Below, piece after piece: positions 53,729-64,000 of a stretch of 64,000 nt of DNA. The stretch lies in NCBI GenBank assembly GCA_022813865.1, contig JALDZX010000029.1, positions 62,001 to 126,000 on the forward strand. Direction: 5' to 3'. The stretch is from Xylographa opegraphella. Taxonomy: Eukaryota. The notes beneath the pieces were generated by a model. That model was not told where the DNA came from. It saw only the letters and a program-made list of their open reading frames with translations, and made no database searches. Each line of letters opens with the position of its first letter. Position 1 is the first letter of the stretch. Position numbers and translations under genes: made by a program.

Positions 53729-54820
53729 TACAGTGTACTGAAACCGATTCGTACAAAACGTTCCAATCATGAGCAGTGGCGAATGCAGAAAGAGCTCGCT
53801 CATGACGATCATACGTGCCACAGGACTCTAGCTATGGTTTTCTACAAGATTTAAGCTGTGCGCTTTGTTGCACCTCCACGAGGTGTTCGCTGTCGTACCA
53901 TCGCCATGTACCTGAAGTGCACAGCGAACGTTGATCCGCAACCCAAAGCAACAGGGACTGCTCCATGGTAGAGCACTTGAGGAATGTCAAAGCACATGCA
54001 CTATCCTTTGTCAAGCTTCACATTCTATCTACATAGATATGGAATAGATAGATACACGGAAGCGTCACGCGTCCGGCATTGCAGTAAGCAAGCGGAGCTG
54101 CTCACGAGCCTCAAATATTATACGTTCCAATTCGCGGACACCGGTCCAGGTTCACAAATCCAATCGGAGGCAGTAAGATATTCAGACGATGGCCACGGAA
54201 GGGTGAAGGTACAAAGTAAGGTACTTTGTAATTTGGAGGAGCTACGGATACATTATTCCGTACCGTTCGAGCCGAAATTTCTTAACCTGCTTTTTTTCGA
54301 AACAGACCCCAAAGTTCTAGCGCGCTTGAATAGAATTAGGTAAAGTGTATGTTCCGGAACGATTAGCCGAGTGGGGGAGGCGTACTGTGGTAATGGCGTC
54401 ATTCCACGGTTTCCGCTCCACGGCCTCGGTTGTCCCACCCGGCCCAGGGGTCGCCCCGCATTGCGCTACTACTTTGTGTTCCGCTCAAGCCCTGAGGTAT
54501 CTATCTACTGTGGCATCTTACCTTAGCCATCTAAAAGCTCGTGCAATCTCACAGTAATTTGTGATTTATGACTTGATTACCTTGTTCTGTTCTGTATCCA
54601 TTGGATCACTAAAGTAAAATCCTATTCCAGTCGCATCAGCGCTCGAGAGGGTATAATGCCATATGTTGCCTAGATCCATCTTCCGTTCCAATCACAATTG
54701 CACTTATGCAATCGCATCCTGAACTCAAATAACTGCATCCATGGTCCGGACTCTTTGGCTGAGAAGATCACCTCGATTCTCTTTCTCGGTCCACCGGTGG
54801 CCTCGACCGCCATAACAGCC

Positions 54821-55564
54821 ATGCCATTCCGCGAGAAGATGAGGAAGGCATTCGGGCGCTCTCCGTCCAGCTCCCAGACATCCTCTCCCGGCGCCCTCAC
54901 GCCTGTGACGTCCCTCTCGCAACTCGCCCAGCGCGACAAGAAGTCGAAGAAAAAGGACAAGAGCGAAGGTGGAGACGTCTACAAACCTGGCGAAGCCATG
55001 CCCAAACTTAAGTACCGGGCGCCGGTCGACCCCCAGCACAAGGATAGGCTCGAGGCCTTCAGCTTCAGCAGCGCATGGGATGCGATGAGACGCAAGAGTA
55101 CGCAGAGTCAATACAGTCCGATGGGTAGTAGGATGCCCAGTCGAATGGGGAGTCTGGTAAGCAATAAAGTGGGACGTTCGAGTCGGCAGCAGAGTTTCGC
55201 GGTGCCGATCGGCCTGGAGGAGTCAAAGGATGCGGACGATGATCTCGGAAATGGTAAGTCTTGTATAGCACTCCGCGAGATGTTGAATCAGGTAATGGGA
55301 CTGAACCTCGGGGCAGTCGGGTTGTCGCGACACCAGACCAAGGAGGAGACCGTCGAGGCGACTGGAGAGGGGGAGGAGCTGGATAAGATGAAGACTATAA
55401 CACTAGGAGACGGTCTGCACGCGAGCAAGACAATCACGAACGGCAACGAGCTGGAAGCCTCGAAAACGATCACGAATGGCCATGTCAATGGTGTTCGGGA
55501 CGAGCGACTGCAAGTCGATGGCCATGTCCATGGCACAGCAGCAATGAGTAATGATCATCATTGA
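54821..55564 (+). CDS. Hypothetical Ser/Lys-rich protein, 2 exons
   Basis: ACAGCCATG start; VYKPGEAMPKLKYRAPVDPQHKDRLEAFSF...SQYSPMGSRMPSR; 63-nt stop-free intron 55254-55316; KTIT(N/L)G occurs three times. Confidence 0.8.
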   Translation: MPFREKMRKAFGRSPSSSQTSSPGALTPVTSLSQLAQRDKKSKKKDKSEGGDVYKPGEAMPKLKYRAPVDPQHKDRLEAFSFSSAWDAMRRKSTQSQYSPMGSRMPSRMGSLVSNKVGRSSRQQSFAVPIGLEESKDADDDLGNGKSCIALREMLNQVMGLNLGAVGLSRHQTKEETVEATGEGEELDKMKTITLGDGLHASKTITNGNELEASKTITNGHVNGVRDERLQVDGHVHGTAAMSNDHH

Positions 55565-57781
55565 CAAAATCTACCGAAACACTTCTCGTCGATACCGAAA
55601 TAGAGGATTTGTTATTTGTACTGGAGTGGATGGCTTTTATGTACTGCCATATCTTTTTCGTTCTACACACATATTATGTAAATGCATAGATTATACATTT
55701 ACCGAACTGAAGATGGTCATTCACTGCTTCCGTCTTCGGGAATTTAAGATTCTCGTCTTCGAGGAAGCACTCAGGGAGCCCGAGGCAGTACTGACTAAGA
55801 GAAAGAATACCCTGAGTCGCAAGCGCACATATCTGTCCCTTGTGTGAAGTGGGATGCGGTCGATTCGCCAGAAGTGACCTGATAAGCCATAGTGTCTGGC
55901 TGAAGGACAATAACAAGCAGTGTGAGGAGAGGGAACGAGGGAGACATTGTGTACTCTTAGTGCTGGGTCAGCTGATCCACTGCAGACAGCCAATGCTAGG
56001 TGAATCCAAAAATCTCAATCACCCCTTTGAGCCGAAGTACCCACCATCGATCATGTTTCCCTCGGCTTTCTTTTCCCTCACAGGCCCAATATCCTTCTCG
56101 ATGTACCATTGCTTACGCCAAAAAAGCCCATTCGCCAATCTGGAAAGGAATGATTTCCCCTTTTGGGATCCTCCTCCCGACACCGTCGTTCTGTCACCGA
56201 TCTCCGCTTCCCTTTCTGGTTGCTTATTCTGCTTCACGCCGTGAACGCCATAATAAAAAACATCGCTTCTGCAACGAAGCCATCACCGTTCCTGCCGATC
56301 CGATGAATGGCAATATCAGTCGACCACGAGCAAAAGAGGATTCTCACAGACCTTGCTGCCGCGCGAAGATTCTCTTGGGCCGAGACTAGTCCGCCGGCAC
56401 CGGTGACGCAAACGCAAGTCAGCCCACGACGGCCGTTTCGAAGAATTCTACATCTTTGCTTTGGAGCAGTACCCGGACGTATAAACAAAATGCCTCATAA
56501 GTTTCTGCCATCCGGCCGAAGTGAGGAAAGGCTCATGGAAAAGGGCTCGGCGGACCCTCACTTTATATGTTGGTCCGATCAAAGGTCGCTTTTGAATCCC
56601 ATGATGAAGAGCAAAGGCGAGAGCGAGAAGACCGTGGATGCCGAAGCAGAGATACGGTCAGAAGCGCTAAACGCCACGTCTGGCTTTGGCGTTTGGGGTG
56701 GTACGGAGGCGGAGAGATCTCTGCGCGGGGGGTAAGGGCGGTCTAATAGGTCGGCCAAGGAGGTCGGGCGGCTTTTCACAGCTGAAGCAGCGGGGGATGG
56801 TGCGGACGTTGACATGTACTTTGCGTTGAGAGAGCTAGGACATCGAGTCTAGGAGACAAGATGCGAGGCATATCACTTTTCAGCGGCGAGCACCTCGCTT
56901 TTGGGGGAGTCCCGCCGAAGAGGTCCGGAGCAAGGTGGGAACGAGGACGATTGTGTATATGGGAGATACTTCGACTGATGGGATTCGGAATTCGCTCTCT
57001 TGGGTAAATGACTCGAAGACCTGTGGAAACGGCTATTCTTCCTCACGTTGCTATAGTTATAAAATCTGGACAAGCAAGCGCTATGAACGCTAGCGGCCAC
57101 GAATAGTTTTTCTCAATCTACAGTCGTATTCGCCAGGCAGAGTATTCAAGCCTATCAGGATATGAAATGCATGCTTCACCTGGACTGTCCCCGGAGTGCC
57201 GCTTAGTACTTTCCATTGCTGAAGCACACTTGCCACGCTTTATGCTCACCGATAGAATATTGAACCCCGCAGCCATCAGATTCTCTAGTTTATATCAACC
57301 AGCACCTACACCTACATTTTATCGCTACTCGCTCGAAGCGAGTATACCCAATTAACCCGTACCTTTTGATAAGCGGAACACAAAGAGCAAGGCTAAACGC
57401 CAAGGAACCCCAACCCGCTCCGCCCACGCTAACCGCCCAGACGAAGTCGCCTGTTCTTTCCCCATCCGATCACGCCCCCTTCTCCGCAGGCAGCTTATTA
57501 CTCAATCCATACCTTACTCCCCCGCAGCATCCTCACCGTTACCCGGAGCCTGTGGCGCCACATTGGCCGAACATCCCGCAAGAATACGAGCTCGGTGCAG
57601 GCAAAAGAAAGCAATAAAGCCACAAGCGATGGGCACCACCCGGCCCACACGCAGACGTCGAACGAAGCCTGCTTTCAGAAATTCCCGCATAAAGACCGTG
57701 TGTTCCCTCCGATGCCCCTTCCTTCCCGCCACACAGGGAAGCTCTGCCCACGTCTCGCATCTTTCAAAAACGCTCACGCAA

Positions 57782-58247
57782 ATGTATCTGCTCACCCCGC
57801 TCGCCGCCCTCCTCACCCTCGCCGCCCCGCACCTAGTCCAGAGTGTCTGCAACCGCGACAACTGCTTCCGCGGCGTGCTCCGCTACCAAAGCGCCTCCAG
57901 CACGGATTTCTGCCTCGACTACCTCGCCACCTCGTAACCCTCCCCCGTCCTTCTCCCCCCTCCGCAGCGGAGAAATGCTGACAGCCCGTTCCCCCCACCG
58001 CAGCACGATCCAGGCGCCCAGCCCCGTGGCCACGTGTGGACCCTCCCGCATCTCCAGCGCCTGCTCGTGCTTGACGACGACGAGCTGCCCGCCCCTCGCC
58101 GCCGACAGCGCCGCCGCGTGTCCGACGCCGCCGTCGCCGTGCTGCAAGTACTTTTGCGGCGCGGCCCTGATTCCATATAGTTTCTGCTCGCCTGTAGATG
58201 ATGTGAGTGAGTTTTCGGCCTGTGAGCTGTGTGAGCCGGAGGGGTGA
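57782..58247 (+). CDS. Small secreted cysteine-rich protein (14 Cys), 2 exons
   Basis: Signal peptide; CNRDNCFR...DFCLDYL; intron about 57934-58003; CGPSRISSACSCL; then a second Cys-rich module (CPTPPSPCCKYFC...FCSP...ACELC). Confidence 0.85.
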
Positions 58248-59496
58248 TGTTCAGGGTATGAAAAAGCTGGGAAAGGCGGAGCGAGGGTTTGAGACGCTTG
58301 GTGGGGATGATGAAAGAGTTGTAGAACGGAAAAACCGAAGAAAATAAACGTGGTAGTGGATGGTAAGACAGTTCGGTGAGCCATGGATTGGGTATATTAA
58401 GTACCACAGGTGGTGGCATGAGAAAGCAAGTCTTCATGTAAAAGTATCCTGGGCTGCATATGCAAAGCACCTCGTCGGTTGGCATTGAGAACCATGTTGC
58501 AGCCAATACATACCACATAAACGTTGCGAAACCGGTAATTAAGTTGAAGAAGGCTGCAACCACCTCGAAACCCCCCTGGCAAGCCCAGAATCATGCGATG
58601 GCCCTGCTAATCGACGTAGATGTTACCATTCTTTCTGTAATAACACAATAACGTGTGGTTTCCTAGCGTCTGAGTAGCATTTGAAGATTGGCCTATATCG
58701 TAGTTAATAAACTTTAAACACCTTTATCGAAGTCCCCAAGACAGTTGGTTCATAGCCATTTCACGGTTACCGATGATTTAACAGAGGTAGATTGGAAGCC
58801 GCCGAGAGTATAAATTGCTATTGTGCCCGCTGGTGCAGGTCTCAAGGTTGCTATTTGCGCCAACGCGGATGGGTCCGTATATTAATGGATATACATCTCA
58901 GGGATTGGACATTGACGTCCAACCGACCCGTGTATCAAGTGCTTGTATGCAGCCCATGGACTGCAATAGTCCAATGAGTATATCTGTAAGTGACGGTGAT
59001 GTGACCTGAGGAAAGAAACGGCCGGAAAAGATAAGCTCCACAAAAGTGAGGATAAGATAAAAGTAAACACCAAGCCAGCAACCAAACACATCATTGACCC
59101 GTGCTCATCAAAAAACATCGTGAGCACAAACGCCAAATCGCAACACAAAACTCCGCCTTCGGCCAGTAAAGAACTCGGCAGTATGATGTTTGCTCATACT
59201 CCTATAGCACAGAGTGGAGAAAAAGATCACTTCAACGCAGAGCAGAGTTTTGCTACAGAACCTCAAGAACATAGCACTTATATCAGAAGTTGAGATTTTG
59301 TCAAACCGCTGTCGATGGTTTACGAAACAGAGATATAAGAACAAGTTTCAGGACAAGATCTATTGTTCGTTGTCTTAGTTTTCAATTTATCGTTACCAAA
59401 TTGCAGGCCATAAATCGTAGTTTGTCCCGGAGTGCTTTGAGTTGGCCTTTGACCTACCGTACGGACCCATACCTGCTCTTTCTATTATGCCCTCGA

Positions 59497-61559
59497 CTAA
59501 CAAATCGCATGCGTCTATGGTTGTCAGCCAATGCACTTCAGTATAGATGGATAAGCCATGTACCTTGCCCGTCTTGCCCTGAAGGGAGTGTTTTTCGTCG
59601 GCGTATTTCGGATGGGAAGCCTTCTTGGATTTGCCGCTGGCGGTATGGTGCTTTTTAACGTGACTATCTCGCATTAGATTGGGACAGAGTATGCCGGGAG
59701 ATCACTAAATTACTCCATCTATATGAGGATTAGCGGAGACTGGGAATTATTTTGGGGCATGTTCAACGAACGTATTGTTCAGCCGTTCCATCCTTCATCT
59801 TTGCGAGCGTCTCCACAGCTTGTTTGATGTCTTTCACACGTGAGACTCCGACCATAATTTGATATCTGGCATATTGCTTACCTTGCACCAAGGAGTCGCA
59901 ACGGCTCCTGCTAAAGTCCTCGCGCACAACGACTCGCAATAGCTATGCTGGTACTTAGATCTGTGATTACGTTCAATGAGTGCGCTTTATTAGGTACCTT
60001 GAGCTTGCCGGCATTAGGGGCCATGGTGTATGCTGGCACTACCCATCCTCTCTCGCGGAGCTGATGTGCCACCGCAAACTCATCAAACTGATGTTTCTTC
60101 TTAGGGTTCAGTCGGAAAGCTACTAGTGGCAAGCCTTTGCCGCCTCCCTCACTATTTCCAATTCATTAAATAATCTCATGGGCTCAGAGTACTCTCTCTT
60201 ACCTCATGATGACAAATCCCATCTGCTTGAGACATGCAGCCAGGTAGTCTGCTGTCCTAGTAAGGTTCAACATGATGGAACGATATCCAGAACGGCCCAA
60301 TCGAATAAACTGGTAGTACTGGCCAAGTACCTGTGAAGCTCCCTTGGAAAAATTGAGAGTGAACGAGGCTTGATCGGCGCCAAGGTAGTTTATGTTGAAT
60401 ACTAGCTCCTTCGGCAGGAACTCGGGGGAACGCCAGACGACCCAACCAACACCAGGATATACCAAACCGTATTTATGGCCTGAGACGTTGATCGAAACAA
60501 CTTTCTCCAGGCGGAAATCCCACTGCATTTCGGGTACAACGAATGGTGCAACGAAGCCTCCACTAGCAGCGTCAACATGAATTGGGCAGTCAATGCCCTT
60601 CTTGATCAACAAGTCATTCACGGCTTTTGTATCTTCGTACTGGCCAGTGTATGTACTTCCGAGGATGGTACAGATACCGATTGTGTTTTCATCTGATGTC
60701 ATCTTAGTAGACGTCGATTCTGTGCTGGATATATCATACCGATCAAGTTCACTGCTTCAGCAGGGTCAATCACATAGCGGTCCTCCGTACAGTAGACGTA
60801 CTTCTCTTCAATCTCGAAGTAGCGAGCAGCCTTTTCCCAGCAAACCTGTACGGCACTGTTCATGACGATGTTAGGGTTTGAGATATCCTTGCCGGCCGCC
60901 TTTCGCTTATTTTGCCAGCGTCTCTTCATGGCCAATGTGGCCAACATGATAGCTTCACTACTACCGACGGTTGAGGTACCCTAGTAATCTGTTACGATCC
61001 ATTCCTCAGGAACAAGATATCCTCATACCATGGCGTTTTCCTCGTTAGCATCTGTAGGAGCATTGTACAGGCGTGCAATCATGTTGACACATTTGTTCTG
61101 AATATCTGCGGTCTGGGGGTACTCTTCGTAGTCGATGAAGTTCTTTGGGAGCGCCTCCGTCATCAACTTCTCGGCCTCCTCCTCCTATTAACCTGAATAA
61201 GTCTTGCTTGTAATTCATGCCAGCTCGGAGACCTTACCATGTAGGTGGTGACAAAACTCCGAGACAATGTTAGCTTGAACACCCTAGCAAGAAACGGATG
61301 AGTTAGAATACCTTGCCAGATTGAGCACTGGGTTACCATCCAAAGTAAGGTGATCCTTGATCATACGGTACGCAACATCCCTTGGCATCTCGCCTTCCGG
61401 GAGCGAATGACCTGGGAGGCCTTCGCTGGCGAAGCGGGAGCCATATACTGAAGCCGTCACCTCGTCCTCCTGCGGTTGTTCAAACTTGATGTGCTCAAGT
61501 CCCTCAACCAAGGGAGCTTGTGCGACATCGTCGTTCGGAACCGTTGTCAAGTGAACCAT
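59497..61559 (-). CDS. GAD1: Glutamate decarboxylase (PLP-dependent), about 11 exons
   Basis: [71 protein letters not shown] (PLP Lys), [21 protein letters not shown]-terminus [14 protein letters not shown]. Confidence 0.97.
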
Positions 61560-62301
61560 GGTGAGCGAGTTGACAAGAAAGTCTTGCTACAATGGCGTAA
61601 GGCACAGTAAGTAAAGAGGATTGTACTTTCCCGATTGCGATTCGATTGAGCTCCGAGTGTCTGTCGGTAGCAAGACGGGGGAAGAAGCAAGCCAGACCGG
61701 ACGTCGAGGGGCAGCTCACTAGCCCTACAGCTCACACCCTGATCCACAAACCCGCTTCCACTTCGCTAAATCAATGATGAAGCTCCAACGCCAACAGGGA
61801 TCATTTCCTGCTCTTGGCGCACGCGGGAAGAGGCGCGGCCAAGGCCCGAGGGCTCCATACAAAGCACACTCAAAAGCTTAGCCTGCGGGACGAAGCCACA
61901 AGCACAAAAAGCTGGAAACTCCGTTGATGCGCTGTTCACGTCCAGGCGAATGAGAGCGACATAACGCAACACAACGCCCCTCTATAGATGTCACTGGGCG
62001 TCAATCATAATGATGGCACGGACGCCAATATGTCATGCAATACTACCATTTGCATATCCCACCGGACACGCGTATTCTGGAGCAATTACTACATGTTCGC
62101 AGAGACGAAAATGAGTGATGAGATGATCCATTACGTGCTATCAAGGTCCTACAACATACATAACGAGTGCTTGCCATGGTATCATTCACGCTGCTCAACG
62201 CCAGTAGAAAATAATACGCTTGCCGCATACGCTTGCCTCCAAGACCAACTGCATCTCACATTACCATTTCAGCTTTCGTGTCCGGGAATACTGAACAAAA
62301 C

Positions 62302-64000
62302 TTAGTGAGGTCCGCTGACGGGGCTACCATATTGGCCGGTGCCAGTTGTAGCAGTCGTGTTGGCGGTGTTGGACGATTCCGCAAGGCCGTGGCTACCAGT
62401 GGGATGGGTCACTGATGATCCATATTGGCCGGTGCCTGAGGATGCTGTGTAATCACTGGCGGGATCAATGGTTTCTCCTCGGTCGGCAACACTACGATAC
62501 ATTAACTCAACCTCTCATCGCATACGGCCAAAAATGAGGTCAATACGTACGCAGGATCAAGCTTGTTGCCAAGCCCGCTAATGTGAGAACTGCTTGGTAC
62601 GGACTCCCCTTGGGCAAGAGCCGTTGTACCTGTGCCTCCAGTGACTTGAGAAGCATAGCCGCTTGTGGGTGCTGCAGCATAGGAGGTGTCACCGGCCATC
62701 ATGCTCGCAGGAGGGTCCTGGTCGAAAGTCAGTGAGATTTCTTTTGTGAAGTGAGTGGGAACCTGCCTTGTGTAACCTGTTTCGCTCGTGTTTCGCATGT
62801 TCTTCACGCTCGTGCTCATTGATACCAATGGCTCCGGGTCCCGCTGCACCCTCTTCAGCCGGCTTTGCTCCACTGATGCCATATGTACTGGATTCCTGGC
62901 GCTCGGCTTCTTCTTCCTTCAGTTCTTTGTCGGTCTTGTCTCGGTGGAGGAAGCCGAGTATGCCTCCATGTTTCTTGCCGTCGTGTTTCTCCTCCTTGGC
63001 TATCTCCTTCTCCCGGTGCTTTCCCTCCTTTTCCAGTGCCTTTTCATGGTGTTTCTCATGCTTGGCTTCCTTCTCCGCCTCCCTTTTCGAGAATTCTCCA
63101 GTACCAGCACTTGTAGCTTGAGAGCCATGTCCGTGTCGTTCAGCCTCATAGCCAGCGCCAGTAGCGCCGAGACCACCAGGGCCGACACCAGCAGCGGTGG
63201 CTTCGGAGTTATGTCTGTAGGCCGGAGGCCCATTGGCTTCCAGCGGAGTATATACCCCAGTAACTTTGGGATCATTGGGAGATGTCAGACCAGGGGCGCG
63301 TGTATCGGGCGCAACTGCGTCAGGGTTGTGCTTGTAAGATGGAGGTCCACTGGCTTCCAGGGGTGTGTATACGCCAGTTGTCTTTGGATCAGATGTCGCT
63401 GCCGTTGACTCTCGCCCGTGCTTCTCAGCCTCATACCCGACCCCGACCATACCTGCTCCAGCAGCGGCGGCTCCACCAAGTTTCTCTTTATCTTCAAAAC
63501 CTTCGTCTACATTGGTCTGGGACGTGGTGGACTTTTTCCGCGGGTCCAGTCTGCTGAAAATGCTTGGCTTACGCTCTTTCTCTTCTACGGCGCCGGTTTC
63601 GGCACCTACCGCTGTAGATCCATGTCGACTAGCGGCACCCTTTTTCCCGTGTTTTTCTTCATCAGTATATGCGCCGCCGTCATGTTTATAAAGGGGAGCT
63701 GCATTTTCCTCATATGGGACAACGACTCGGTTTCCCTGCATCCCTCCCGAGTCAGCAACGCCGTATTTGTGGCCAGTAGCGTCAGCGACAGGTGGATGTT
63801 CAACAGCAGCATAGCCCGCATCGCTAGTCGTTTGTTGGGGAACTCTTGGGTCTAGAGTATTGAGTGCGCCCGATTTGTGGTGTACATCTGAAGCTCCAGG
63901 ATCCATGCCGAGGTTCCTGCTCGACGCGGTGGAAGCTTTCCGGTCCGCGCCTACCACTCCGGAACTACCACGACGCTCAGCCTCATAAGCGGCGCCTCCC
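62302..64000 (-). CDS. Hydrophilic repetitive stress/dehydrin-like protein, 5'-truncated by the window edge, at least 3 exons
   Basis: Gly/Glu/Lys/His-rich; NTLDPRV, SRLDPR and NKLDP (DPR-like); repeats YEAE(R/K)xG x3, DPKxTGVYTPLEAxGPPxY(K/R)HN x2 and GTGQYGS x2. Introns 62718-62766 and about 62477-62550. Confidence 0.75.

Noticed and set aside
56019..56815. Minus-strand ORF MSTSAPSPAAS... and downstream fragments
   Set aside because: The start looks protein-like, but multiple stops and frameshifts follow and no family is identifiable.

Overview
Intron-rich eukaryotic DNA from a filamentous ascomycete (Pezizomycotina; the class cannot be fixed from this window). About 21 protein-coding genes could be spliced together by hand, plus one possible partial gene at the left edge. 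In order: a BED-finger/DUF3237 fusion, a GH76 Dfg5/Dcw1-type enzyme, synaptobrevin, the Arg5,6 polyprotein, a small basic ORF, an S1/P1 nuclease, a DENN-like protein, Dus1, RNase Z (Trz1), a GPI-anchored aspartic protease, Sdo1/SBDS, Rps18, an FtsJ-like methyltransferase, a HAD hydrolase, a disordered/coiled-coil protein, a secreted protein, carboxypeptidase Y, adenine deaminase, a Zn2Cys6 transcription factor, a hypothetical protein, a small Cys-rich secreted protein, glutamate decarboxylase and a partial dehydrin-like protein. Most of this is ordinary housekeeping DNA. I found no tRNA, rRNA, CRISPR array, intact transposon or biosynthetic cluster. The most interesting observations are: (1) a peroxisome-targeted (SKL) HAD hydrolase carrying three copies of a ~36-aa NP(T/S)QLGDPVSLKAE module; (2) a mitochondrial-presequence-like extension of RNase Z with no in-frame ATG; (3) a zinc finger fused to a DUF3237 barrel, resembling a one-component regulator; (4) unusual splicing: a 5-nt micro-exon, a GC-AG intron with a competing GT donor, and several AAG/GAG acceptors; (5) an in-frame uORF and 5'-UTR intron before ARG5,6; (6) recurring C-rich to G-rich skew switches centred on GC-rich genes. 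All gene models are manual and no database search was run, so family names rest on motif recognition.
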